37,980 nt of DNA from IMG/VR virus record IMGVR_UViG_3300014537_000008; one strand, written 5' to 3'. Shown one piece after another: positions 18,680 to 26,755 of this stretch. The notes under the pieces were generated by a model, which was given only the letters and a program-made list of their open reading frames with translations, searched no databases and was not told where the DNA came from. Within the stretch, counting starts at the first letter, position 1. Each line of letters starts with the position of its first letter. The translations under genes and the position numbers were made by a program. The DNA is from a virus.

Positions 18680-19051
18680 GTGAACTGGATTGCAGCATAT
18701 TTGCCCCAACTCATCTATTGGGCCGTGACAGGAGCATTAGCCGCAGTATGCGGAGCAATGGGGCGGCAAATCAATAAAGCAAGAAGGGGGGTGAATAATA
18801 TGCCGACAGAAATCATAGTTGCACTGTTGAGCTTGCTAGGAACGGCTTGCGGCAGTATCGTGGGAATCATGACGTCAAACAAGCTGACAACCTATCGCAT
18901 CGCACGGTTAGAGGAAAAAGTTGATAAACACAACCAGGTCATTGACCGCGTTTACAAAATCGAACAACGAAATGCCGTCATAGACGAGGATATCAAGGTA
19001 GCAAACCACAGGATTAGCGATCTGGAAAACAAGGTCGAAAAGAAAGAATAG
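18680..19051 (+). CDS. XhlA/BhlA-like lysis-associated membrane protein (TM plus C-terminal coiled coil); internal in-frame start at 18800 with AAGGGGGGTGA RBS
   Basis: Two N-terminal TM segments then a coiled coil; position in front of holin and amidase as in PBSX xhlA-xhlB-xlyA. Confidence 0.55.
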   Translation: MNWIAAYLPQLIYWAVTGALAAVCGAMGRQINKARRGVNNMPTEIIVALLSLLGTACGSIVGIMTSNKLTTYRIARLEEKVDKHNQVIDRVYKIEQRNAVIDEDIKVANHRISDLENKVEKKE

Positions 19052-19065
19052 GAGGAGGAAAGATT

Positions 19066-19347
19066 ATGGATTTTGGATTTTTGGCTGAATACCTACAGCC
19101 GGAGACAATCGCCGTTGCGGTAGGGCTGTATGTGTTGGGAATGATCCTGAAAGGATCAAAAAAGGTGATGGACTGGATCATACCCTTTGTGTTGCTAGGG
19201 TTTGGCATCGTACTATGTATCGCAATCTATGTGATACAGACACCAGGTCCAGAGGCAATCATACAGGGGTTTTTGCAAGGCGTTTTTGCAACAGGCAGTG
19301 CGGTGTTGGTCAATCAGCTGTACAAGCAGGCACAAAAGGGGGAATAA
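19066..19347 (+). CDS. holin (three TM)
   Basis: 93 aa, hydrophobic segments, charged C-terminus, directly upstream of the endolysin. Confidence 0.7.
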   Translation: MDFGFLAEYLQPETIAVAVGLYVLGMILKGSKKVMDWIIPFVLLGFGIVLCIAIYVIQTPGPEAIIQGFLQGVFATGSAVLVNQLYKQAQKGE

Positions 19348-19350
19348 CAT

Positions 19351-20367
19351 ATGGCATATAAAATTTGTCTCGATGCGGGGCACTACGGACAGTACAACCA
19401 GTCTCCGGTGGTGCCAGAATACTACGAATCGGAGATGACCTGGAAACTCCATCTGCTACTCAAGGCTGAGTTGGAAAAGTACGGGTTCGAGGTCAAGACC
19501 ACAAGAGCGGACCAGACAAAAGATATGGATGTGTACTATCGAGGATACGCGGCTCAAAACTGTGATCTATTTTTGAGTTTGCATAGCAACGCGGCAGACA
19601 GCGAGTCCGCAGACTATGTAGTAGCCTATCGCGCCTACGACAATAAAAACAACGCTGATACGCTAGGATTGGCACTCGCTCAAAAAGTGGCAGACATCAT
19701 GGGGACAAAGCAAAATCCCCGAACCGCTACTCGCAAAAACAGCTCCGGCAATGAGTGGTATGGCGTGATGCGTGGTGCAAGAGCCGCAGGATGCAAACTG
19801 TATTACATCCTGGAGCACTCATTCCATACCAACGCAGCGGCCACACAATTTTTGATGCAAGACGCCAATCTGCAAAAACTAGCAGAGGCAGAGGCAGCAA
19901 TAATCGCAAATTATTTTGGAGTAACGGCATCAGCAACCGAGTCAAAACCATCCGCATCCTCTCAAAAGCCGGCTGTATCCGGCCATATCGCAGATGTGCA
20001 GCGCTGGCTTAACAAAGAGTACGGCTTTGCCCTAGAGGTAGACAACAGCGCAGGGCCCTTGACCTGGACGGCGCTGCGAAAAGCCCTTCAAATGGAGATC
20101 AACCGGCAGAGCGGAGCAAGCCTAGAGATTGACGGGAGTATTGGCCCGAAGACAAAAACGGCGATCATCTACACAAAGCGCGGAACAAAAGGCAATATCA
20201 CAAAGCTGGTTCAGGCGGCGCTGTATTGCAAGGGCTACGATCCAAATGGCCTAGACGGCAGCTTCGGGCCAGGTATGGAGGCCGCAGTGCGCAAGTATCA
20301 GGCGGATCATGGATTGACGGTAGATGGTATGGCTGGACGAGAGACGCAGGTTAGTTTGTTTAGATAA
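19351..20367 (+). CDS. endolysin: N-acetylmuramoyl-L-alanine amidase (Amidase_3) with two C-terminal PG_binding_1 repeats
   Basis: KICLDAGHYG...LSLHSNAA amidase motifs; two LDGxFGPxTxxAVxxYQ peptidoglycan-binding repeats. Confidence 0.85.
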   Translation: MAYKICLDAGHYGQYNQSPVVPEYYESEMTWKLHLLLKAELEKYGFEVKTTRADQTKDMDVYYRGYAAQNCDLFLSLHSNAADSESADYVVAYRAYDNKNNADTLGLALAQKVADIMGTKQNPRTATRKNSSGNEWYGVMRGARAAGCKLYYILEHSFHTNAAATQFLMQDANLQKLAEAEAAIIANYFGVTASATESKPSASSQKPAVSGHIADVQRWLNKEYGFALEVDNSAGPLTWTALRKALQMEINRQSGASLEIDGSIGPKTKTAIIYTKRGTKGNITKLVQAALYCKGYDPNGLDGSFGPGMEAAVRKYQADHGLTVDGMAGRETQVSLFR

Positions 20368-20378
20368 GGGGGGATACC

Positions 20379-21206
20379 ATGCAAATAGCACGGGTATTTC
20401 CGCGGCGTACAAAGGCAACACCCGATGATGCCTTGGTCTTTACCGGCCCGCCTCCGAAAGACGGGCTACCCGATGTCGACGAAGTACATGTGTCGGTAGC
20501 CTTTACCTATGACCTGCCCAAAGCGTATGATTTAGCAGAACGCTGGGCTAAAACAGGCATTAATGTACGGATCGGCGGCCCGGCATTTGACTCCCCAGGC
20601 GGTGATTTTGTCCCAGGAAGATATCTTAAACAGGGCTACGTTGTCACATCTCGTGGTTGCCCAAACCGATGTCCTCATTGTGCTGTGCCCAAACGAGAAG
20701 GATACACGTTGCGGGAACTACCAATCACAGAAGGGTGGAATGTGCTGGACGACAATTTGTTAGCCTGCTCCGATGGACATATCCACGCAGTATTCGACAT
20801 GTTAAAGCGCCAGCCGGAAAAACCAGTATTCACGGGTGGGCTGGAAGCCCGATTGTTGAAACCGTGGCATGTGGAGTTGATCCGTGCGGTCAAAACAAAA
20901 CGTATGTATTTTGCCTATGACTCGCCTGGAGAATACGAACCCCTGGTAGCGGCAGGGCGTCTCTTGCGGGATGGGGGCATTACGCAGGCTTCCCATCGAG
21001 CGGCCTGCTACGTCCTGATCGGCTATAAAGGTGACACAATGGATGCAGCCGACAAACGTTTACGCGATACATGGGCGGCCGGATTTGTGCCATACGCTAT
21101 GTTATACCGGGATCGCGATGGTATAGTAGATTCGGACTGGCGAAAATTTCAGCGCGTTTGGGTACGACCAGAAATTGTTTTAGCGCGACTCAAACAATCA
21201 GTATAA
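20379..21206 (+). CDS. radical-SAM-like protein (CPNRCPHC = CX3CX2C), function unknown; accessory gene after the lysis cassette
   Basis: Single CX3CX2C cluster in a 275-aa ORF; GGGGGGA RBS. Confidence 0.4.
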   Translation: MQIARVFPRRTKATPDDALVFTGPPPKDGLPDVDEVHVSVAFTYDLPKAYDLAERWAKTGINVRIGGPAFDSPGGDFVPGRYLKQGYVVTSRGCPNRCPHCAVPKREGYTLRELPITEGWNVLDDNLLACSDGHIHAVFDMLKRQPEKPVFTGGLEARLLKPWHVELIRAVKTKRMYFAYDSPGEYEPLVAAGRLLRDGGITQASHRAACYVLIGYKGDTMDAADKRLRDTWAAGFVPYAMLYRDRDGIVDSDWRKFQRVWVRPEIVLARLKQSV

Positions 21207-21216
21207 ACAAAACAAC

Positions 21217-21250
21217 AGCCCTCTGGGAGACCAGGGGGCTTATTTTATTC
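21217..21250. terminator. bidirectional rho-independent terminator (10-bp stem AGCCCTCTGG/CCAGGGGGCT, GAGA loop, T-rich on both sides)
   Basis: Read directly; closes the late operon and the convergent minus-strand island. Confidence 0.75.
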
Positions 21251-21413
21251 GGTGAACATATCAGCCTTTACAAACTAAAAGGGAGCCATTAGACTCCCTT
21301 GTTCGCTATCTATGGAGAGGCAGGTCAAAGACCATCTCTCACATGCTTTATTATATGTCCATTTTTTTGTCAATCGAAAATATTTACTACTTTTAGTGTT
21401 CGTCTATCTCGCC

Positions 21414-21659
21414 TTAATATACAGACCAATCACCATAGTATCCAAAGTCCCCAAAATCAATAGGGTCTAGCTCCTCCTCGATCCCATCCCGGCAGCCGCA
21501 CCAGCCCCGAACAGCCACTACATTATCATCTGAATCAAGAATTGTAATGCTGCGTTGCGTGTAGGATGCGCTTTCGTCTGCAACTTCCATCGCCTCTTCA
21601 AGGCTGTCTGCATATCGATTGCCCGCTCCAGTGCCAAAATTGATGTAGTATCTCTCCAT
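21414..21659 (-). CDS. small very acidic hypothetical protein (81 aa)
   Basis: AGGAGGA RBS; high D/E content. Confidence 0.55.
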   Translation of the reverse strand: MERYYINFGTGAGNRYADSLEEAMEVADESASYTQRSITILDSDDNVVAVRGWCGCRDGIEEELDPIDFGDFGYYGDWSVY

Positions 21660-21673
21660 TGTTATATCCTCCT

Positions 21674-21898
21674 TTAAAAAATTTCGTAGTTTGTGATATC
21701 GTAATTGCGGTCTCTAATTTCATCTAAGATTGCTTCTGCGGTTTCTACGTCTACGTCGCCGTTCTCAAATACTTGATGCTGTCTATCATCCTCTGCGGAG
21801 ATATGGACCTGATTGTTGTCTGTGTTTTCAAAGCTCATTGTTCCCGTGTACTCAATTTCATCGTGATCCCATTTGACGTTGATCGTTGTGTTCTCCAT
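21674..21898 (-). CDS. small very acidic hypothetical protein (74 aa)
   Basis: AGGAGGA RBS; high D/E content; first gene behind promoter copy 1. Confidence 0.55.
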   Translation of the reverse strand: MENTTINVKWDHDEIEYTGTMSFENTDNNQVHISAEDDRQHQVFENGDVDVETAEAILDEIRDRNYDITNYEIF

Positions 21899-21946
21899 GT
21901 TGCATTCCTCCTGATATTTTATTTTGCTCCCTCATCTTGTAATCAT

Positions 21947-21975
21947 ATTATACATCAATCGGTCCGATTAGTCAA
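21947..21975 (-). promoter_or_regulatory. consensus promoter TTGACT-17-TATAAT (minus strand) with palindrome AATCGGtCCGATT (21957-21969) in the spacer; copy 1 of 2
   Basis: Exact hexamers and spacing; about 32-bp near-identity with 23421-23452. Confidence 0.6.
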
Positions 21976-22165
21976 GAGGTTTTTTTGATTTTTTTAAAAT
22001 TATTTTGTCGCTGTCAATCCCTAATAATATTTCGCGGTCCTCCGGGGTAATTCCTAGAGATTGCGCCCATGTGTTGGGAATGGTGACTCTATACGTTTTT
22101 GTCGTTTTTCCTGCGCCCCCACCGGCAGATGTGATGATTACTTTGCCCTTTCGAACTTCTTTCAT
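21968..22165 (-). CDS. AbrB/MazE/SpoVT-type swapped-hairpin DNA-binding protein (65 aa)
   Basis: RVTIPNTWAQSLGITPEDREILLGIDSDKIILKK resembles the AbrB-N/MazE fold; AGGAGGA RBS; ATGA overlap with the upstream gene. Confidence 0.5.
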   Translation of the reverse strand: MKEVRKGKVIITSAGGGAGKTTKTYRVTIPNTWAQSLGITPEDREILLGIDSDKIILKKSKKPLD

Positions 22166-23034
22166 TCTTTTTGTCCTCCTGTATAGGGTAGTCTTGACTC
22201 CCTGAGTTTTTGAGTCCAGCTAGCCCAGATATCTGGGTTGTGTGGATCGCCGTCAATCCATGCTATTATATCGCAAATCTCTGAATACGCAGTATAGGTA
22301 ATGTATGCGGTTTTTTGGTTGTGTACATACTGGACGGATTTTGGGTTGACATGCGCGTTTGAATAAAGTATAGCCTCGATTTGATGTACAATATCGACGT
22401 TACCAAAAATTTTTAGGCACAATCCCCGGTACCGCCCATGCCTCGTCCGTCTCTGCGAATACGTCATGCATCCGTGAATCTCAATCCATGCTCGCAAAAA
22501 ATCATGGTAGTCCACGAGCTCTGGAAGACGATGCTGATCCGCGCGCTGCCCATTCCATCCGGTAGTAGATGAGTTTTCGAGTCGGGTCTTGACGACATAT
22601 TCCGTTTTCCCGGATGAGTGGTTTTGCGTATATACCATATTCCCGGTATAGTCGGCTATTCGATCGACATAAAATCTATCAACACAACGTATGACAAATC
22701 TTGATTCCATAACAGTGCCAATGCTCCAAACAATGCCGAGGTCGTAAGCGGACAGATGCCTAAAATCCAATGCGCTTGTATCCTTTTGCAGATATCCAAG
22801 GTATTGCGTCACAGTGCTTTTTGAAAGATTCATACGTTGCGCAATCTCATCTGGAGAGGATCCGGCGCAAAACAGTCGTTGCGCCTCTCGAACGGTTTGT
22901 CCACCAAACTCTATGCCATGAGTGGCGAGTATCTTTTGAACGGTTGTCATACTGCATCCACATGCTTTTGCCGTCCCATGGATACTTCTCAAGCGGGAAT
23001 AAGTCTCTATAACAGCGTTGTCGCTAGGTCTCAT
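22162..23034 (-). CDS. tandem-HTH N-terminal domain protein (290 aa) with a C-terminal region carrying degenerate LAGLIDADG-like motifs (FLRAWIEIHGCM, IAWIDGDPH)
   Basis: Two HTH-like segments near the N-terminus; motif resemblance only; translationally coupled (ATGA) to the acidic 118-aa gene. Confidence 0.4.
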   Translation of the reverse strand: MRPSDNAVIETYSRLRSIHGTAKACGCSMTTVQKILATHGIEFGGQTVREAQRLFCAGSSPDEIAQRMNLSKSTVTQYLGYLQKDTSALDFRHLSAYDLGIVWSIGTVMESRFVIRCVDRFYVDRIADYTGNMVYTQNHSSGKTEYVVKTRLENSSTTGWNGQRADQHRLPELVDYHDFLRAWIEIHGCMTYSQRRTRHGRYRGLCLKIFGNVDIVHQIEAILYSNAHVNPKSVQYVHNQKTAYITYTAYSEICDIIAWIDGDPHNPDIWASWTQKLRESRLPYTGGQKE

Positions 23035-23387
23035 TTTCCAATCACTTCCGCACCTTCAAGGATAATTTCGTCTTCATCGGCTCCATACTCAAAGTCTGTG
23101 CCCTTGATGATAATCGGGGTGCCCCAATAGTGATACTTAGACAATACACGCTCAATTTCTGCGTCAATGTCCTCGTTGCTGTCATCGTCTTCAATGTTCA
23201 GCCGGATGCAACATGTTCCGTCAAGTTCGATTGGATTCTCAGTGTCAAAGGATGAGCAATCATTTTCATAGTCCCAGTCAAAAGAGGGGCGGCACGCGTC
23301 TCCGATCTCATACTGTTCGTCTTCTGTCATCCAGCGGATACCGATGTATTCTACGTTAGCTCTTAGTTCATCATGATTGTATGTCAT
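23031..23387 (-). CDS. very acidic 118-aa protein (about 30 percent D/E); DNA-mimic-like candidate; track ORF extends to 23510
   Basis: GGGAGGA RBS 7 nt before ATG 23387; first gene behind promoter copy 2. Confidence 0.55.
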   Translation of the reverse strand: MTYNHDELRANVEYIGIRWMTEDEQYEIGDACRPSFDWDYENDCSSFDTENPIELDGTCCIRLNIEDDDSNEDIDAEIERVLSKYHYWGTPIIIKGTDFEYGADEDEIILEGAEVIGK

Positions 23388-23421
23388 TTTATTTCCTCCC
23401 TTGATCAACTTTGTAATTAAT

Positions 23422-23450
23422 ATTATACACCAATCGGTCCGATTAGTCAA
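23422..23450 (-). promoter_or_regulatory. consensus promoter TTGACT-17-TATAAT (minus strand) with palindrome AATCGGtCCGATT (23432-23444) in the spacer; copy 2 of 2
   Basis: Exact hexamers and spacing; near-identical to 21947-21975. Confidence 0.6.
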
Positions 23451-23476
23451 GGGGGAAATAAAATTTTTTATTTTTT

Positions 23477-24538
23477 TTAGGATGCATCTCCAAACGTGCC
23501 AGATATGCATTGATCCAGATACTCGCTGATCAACGTTTTTGCGTGTTGTATATAAATTCGATTCAGGCGGTAACTTATCTCATTTTTGTTCTTTTTTGAC
23601 CTCATCCTAATGATGACCAGTTCATTGCATAGATCGTCAATACGCCTCAGCACTGACGATCTGGACGTATGTACAATATCGCACAGCTGTGATGCCGTCA
23701 TATCCTTTTTGCATAGTTGAGTGATGATATCAGTGCTCAATCCATCTCCTATGACATCCAACGCGCTTCTTGCAGTCATATAACTATAGTCAATTGATTC
23801 GCTCAGCGCCGCAATGCAATCATACCCTAATATATAGGCATAAATATTTTGTACGGGTTCGCCCTGTCTCATGACTAGGCGCTTGTTTATCATGGCTACA
23901 GAAAATGTAAATAGCTCTGCGCGGTCTGTGCCGGAACAGATTTTTTTCAAAATGGCCTCATTTTTGATTTTGACAAAATCTTTCGCGACATCGTATCTTT
24001 CTATGTGATTATTTTGGTACGCCTCTATGTATGGTTCCAAACGGTCAAAATACTCTATGAGACTGTCAACCATACTATCAAAATGATAAAACAGGCTTTG
24101 AAAGTCGGTAATGCGCACTCGCGGGACAAGCAGCGCCAGCGCATGACTGATGCTCTCGCTATCGCCATCGATAACGCTGTCAATAGATATTTGATCGCCA
24201 AAATCGGACAAGTAGTAAGTATATATGTATCGCCTAAACTCGACCGAGTTCTTTAGTCTCGCAAAGTATGTTTCTGGCGTGTCGCTAAAAAAATCAAATT
24301 CTGCGTCAAAATAATCCGACATTACAGACGCTCTCCCCATATACAGACAAAATAGCGGATATAGTTTAGGAGGTGGAGCAATGTGCCCGCATAACTCATA
24401 GACGGCCTCATAATCGTTAAAAAATTCGCTTGTCATTCCCACCGCCTGAAACTTTCGCAGGACTGCCTCCCTGTCAAAAAATATGATCGAGTATGTAATC
24501 ATGTCGTAAAAAATACCTGGCGTTTTTCTTATATTCAT
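23477..24538 (-). CDS. transcriptional regulator with a large N-terminal domain of unknown function and a C-terminal winged HTH (ArsR/DeoR-like); track ORF extends to 24613
   Basis: C-terminal LSTDIITQLCKKDMTASQLCDIVHTSRSSVLRRIDDL HTH; AGGAGGGA RBS before ATG 24538; its own promoter TTGATT-17-GATAAT at 24558-24586. Confidence 0.55.
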   Translation of the reverse strand: MNIRKTPGIFYDMITYSIIFFDREAVLRKFQAVGMTSEFFNDYEAVYELCGHIAPPPKLYPLFCLYMGRASVMSDYFDAEFDFFSDTPETYFARLKNSVEFRRYIYTYYLSDFGDQISIDSVIDGDSESISHALALLVPRVRITDFQSLFYHFDSMVDSLIEYFDRLEPYIEAYQNNHIERYDVAKDFVKIKNEAILKKICSGTDRAELFTFSVAMINKRLVMRQGEPVQNIYAYILGYDCIAALSESIDYSYMTARSALDVIGDGLSTDIITQLCKKDMTASQLCDIVHTSRSSVLRRIDDLCNELVIIRMRSKKNKNEISYRLNRIYIQHAKTLISEYLDQCISGTFGDAS

Positions 24539-24557
24539 TCTTGATCCCTCCTGTTTC

Positions 24558-24586
24558 ATTATCATGGATGTCTCTGCGAAAATCAA
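24558..24586 (-). promoter_or_regulatory. promoter TTGATT-17-GATAAT for the wHTH regulator
   Basis: Hexamers and spacing read directly. Confidence 0.4.
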
Positions 24587-24598
24587 CCGGGAATCGAT

Positions 24599-24624
24599 GG
24601 AAAAACCGTCCATGATGGACGGCT
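24599..24624 (-). terminator. rho-independent terminator downstream of int (8-bp perfect palindrome CCGTCCAT/ATGGACGG plus T5 on the minus strand)
   Basis: Read directly. Confidence 0.55.
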
Positions 24625-24853
24625 GCGCGCTTTAGTTTTGCATATTTGAGCCTATGTATTATACTGATTTGGTAGTCACACGCTAGTGACAAATTGTTCT
24701 ACGTGCCGCTGTTTATGCGGGTTTTACGAAGTATAAATTAATAAGCTGTTAATATTTATGTGAATAAAAATTACATAAATTGTTTAAATAAAGGACTTTG
24801 AGGCAAACAAATTCAATCTAAAATAATAAAAAATAATGCCTACTAGCGACAAA

Positions 24854-25927
24854 TTAGTAACAGAAGCCATCAATCGCGTCAAGCAAATTTTGCAAATTTT
24901 TGTGAATATACACTTGTTCATCGATATCCTTCCCAGCGTGACCTACAATCGCCTGCAAAACTGTTCGAGGCATTCCCAATTCATCCGCACGGCTGATGAA
25001 TGTGTGGCGACAATCGTGGGGCAAATGCTCAACGCCAATTACGGCCATCAGCGCATTAAATTGTTTACGAATAGTTTGTTGGGAAAAGCCGCATAAAACT
25101 GGTTCGTCCCTATCAAGGAGACGTTGTATGCAATCTGTGATCTCGAAATGAATCGGAATGACGCGATTTTTTCCAGCGGCAGTTTTATTCCCGCCGATCA
25201 TATATCGCTCGTCAAGATGGACATTCTCGCGCTTCATGGTCCGAACCTCATCGATGCGCATCCCGGTGTATAGCATGATCAAGGTATAGTCCGCAGCTAA
25301 TTCCCCACGATGCGATTCAAGCAATGCAATTTCATCTGCCGTAAAATTTTTGCGCTTACTTTTCGTATCCTGTTTGGTCAGCACAATGCCTTTTGAATAG
25401 TCTTTGTCTGTGATATCATACAGGTTGGCATATTCGTACATTTGCCCTATCAAGAGACGTATATTTTCCTGCGTTGCTCGTCCATGACTACAATTGTCAA
25501 GCACAGCCTGTAAATGCAATAGATTGATATTCACGAATTTCAAATTGTGCAGTGCCTCGCAATGGTGATAGGCCGCTCTGTACGCGCCGACGCCACTCTT
25601 CGAAAGCTTTTTCCCATTTTTGGTCTCACTAAATTTTTTCTTTGACCACATATCATATACATCTGCAAAGGTCAAAGACGCCTTTTCGAGATCGTATGGA
25701 TTACGATTGTAGTCAACTAGTGCCTCGTATCCCTCCATCCATGTTTCAAAGTACCCTATAGTCCGATAGATAGGATAGCCTGTATTTGTGTCAAATCCTA
25801 CTGTTTTCCGGGCCATAAAGGGTTTTCTGCGGTTGCCTGACAACGTGACGATGCTCCCAAATCCATTGGGAAGACGTGGTACGTTTCGTGGTCGCTTTGC
25901 TTTTTTGGTTTTTAATGCTGGTGCCAT
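24854..25927 (-). CDS. int: tyrosine site-specific integrase
   Basis: Catalytic residues in HDCRHTF, VGHAGKD and a C-terminal Tyr; 357 aa. Confidence 0.85.
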   Translation of the reverse strand: MAPALKTKKAKRPRNVPRLPNGFGSIVTLSGNRRKPFMARKTVGFDTNTGYPIYRTIGYFETWMEGYEALVDYNRNPYDLEKASLTFADVYDMWSKKKFSETKNGKKLSKSGVGAYRAAYHHCEALHNLKFVNINLLHLQAVLDNCSHGRATQENIRLLIGQMYEYANLYDITDKDYSKGIVLTKQDTKSKRKNFTADEIALLESHRGELAADYTLIMLYTGMRIDEVRTMKRENVHLDERYMIGGNKTAAGKNRVIPIHFEITDCIQRLLDRDEPVLCGFSQQTIRKQFNALMAVIGVEHLPHDCRHTFISRADELGMPRTVLQAIVGHAGKDIDEQVYIHKNLQNLLDAIDGFCY

Positions 25928-25959
25928 AAAAAAAAATCACTCCAATCTGCTAAAATTTG

Positions 25960-25988
25960 GTTGCAAACCAGAGCGCGCAATGATATAA
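25960..25988 (+). promoter_or_regulatory. consensus promoter TTGCAA-17-TATAAT on the plus strand, pointing away from int
   Basis: Exact spacing and -10; followed about 40 nt later by a GC hairpin plus U-tract. Confidence 0.45.
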
Positions 25989-25994
25989 TGAAAT

Positions 25995-26062
25995 TGTCAC
26001 GATCAAAGCGGCCTTCCGGTCTGCTTGCCCGCCTCCTGATGGCGCAGGGGCGGATTTTTATT
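25995..26062 (+). ncRNA. candidate sRNA of about 65 nt, from the 25960-25988 promoter to the hairpin (26028-26052) and T-run
   Basis: Promoter plus intrinsic terminator with no ORF between them. Confidence 0.25.
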
Positions 26063-26360
26063 TATGCTTTATACCCCCCCCCATGGGTGGTATCATCCGC
26101 GTCAATTTTTGAACTTTTGCGCGATTTTTTTGCATAGTCATTGACAACGCAAAAAAATAGACAAAATAGCATAAATACAGGGATCCCCCATTTCTGACAT
26201 TAATTGACAGTATGCATAAAATGCTAACATGTTACTCAAATTTGAAATTATTAGTCATGACTAAGGGAGTTTTTGCGCGATAAACCATTTTGTGGATTTG
26301 ACCACCTCCATTATCCGTGATACCATGTTGGTAGTAAATAAATTAGGACTTGCATTTTAG

Positions 26361-26531
26361 ATGAGTATCGTGTATGATGAAGAAAGAAAGAAGGATATCG
26401 GCGAAGTCGTATCAGTTCTACTGAATCTAAACGACTACAACCGGCAACTAATGCTGTATGGCGCACAGCTTTTGGAAAAGTCAGAACAGATGAGCAAGAT
26501 TCAGGAACAATCAGAAAACAAAAGCGCATAA
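26361..26531 (+). CDS. hypothetical 56-aa protein (no clear RBS)
   Basis: ORF below the track cut-off; weak support. Confidence 0.25.
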   Translation: MSIVYDEERKKDIGEVVSVLLNLNDYNRQLMLYGAQLLEKSEQMSKIQEQSENKSA

Positions 26532-26546
26532 AAGGAGGAAATCACA

Positions 26547-26705
26547 ATGAGAAACAAACGGAAACACATATGGGCCTATTTGGACGGCAAAAAGTTGGTC
26601 GAAGTGATTCAAGCGGCATTAGACAATAACATGTCAGTGGGCGACATGAAGCAACTCTTGATTGATGAGAATCCGGGCCACGAAGTAACATTTAAGGTTG
26701 CATGA
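26547..26705 (+). CDS. hypothetical 52-aa protein (MRNKRKHIWAYLDGKKLVEVIQAALDNNMSVGDMKQLL...)
   Basis: Strong AAGGAGGAAAT RBS; followed by a hairpin. Confidence 0.45.
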   Translation: MRNKRKHIWAYLDGKKLVEVIQAALDNNMSVGDMKQLLIDENPGHEVTFKVA

Positions 26706-26755
26706 AGGGCAGAGCATAGAAAAAGCCCTCCGAAGGGCAGTGGGGAGAATGAAAA

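Noticed and set aside
23477-24613. Long (378-aa) version of the wHTH regulator starting at ATG 24613
   Set aside because: That ATG lies inside the int terminator hairpin and upstream of the regulator promoter; ATG 24538 with an AGGAGGGA RBS is preferred.
24836-25096. 86-aa plus-strand ORF
   Set aside because: Antisense to the 3' end of the integrase gene.
26311-26529. 72-aa minus-strand ORF
   Set aside because: Antisense to better-supported small plus-strand genes; no RBS.
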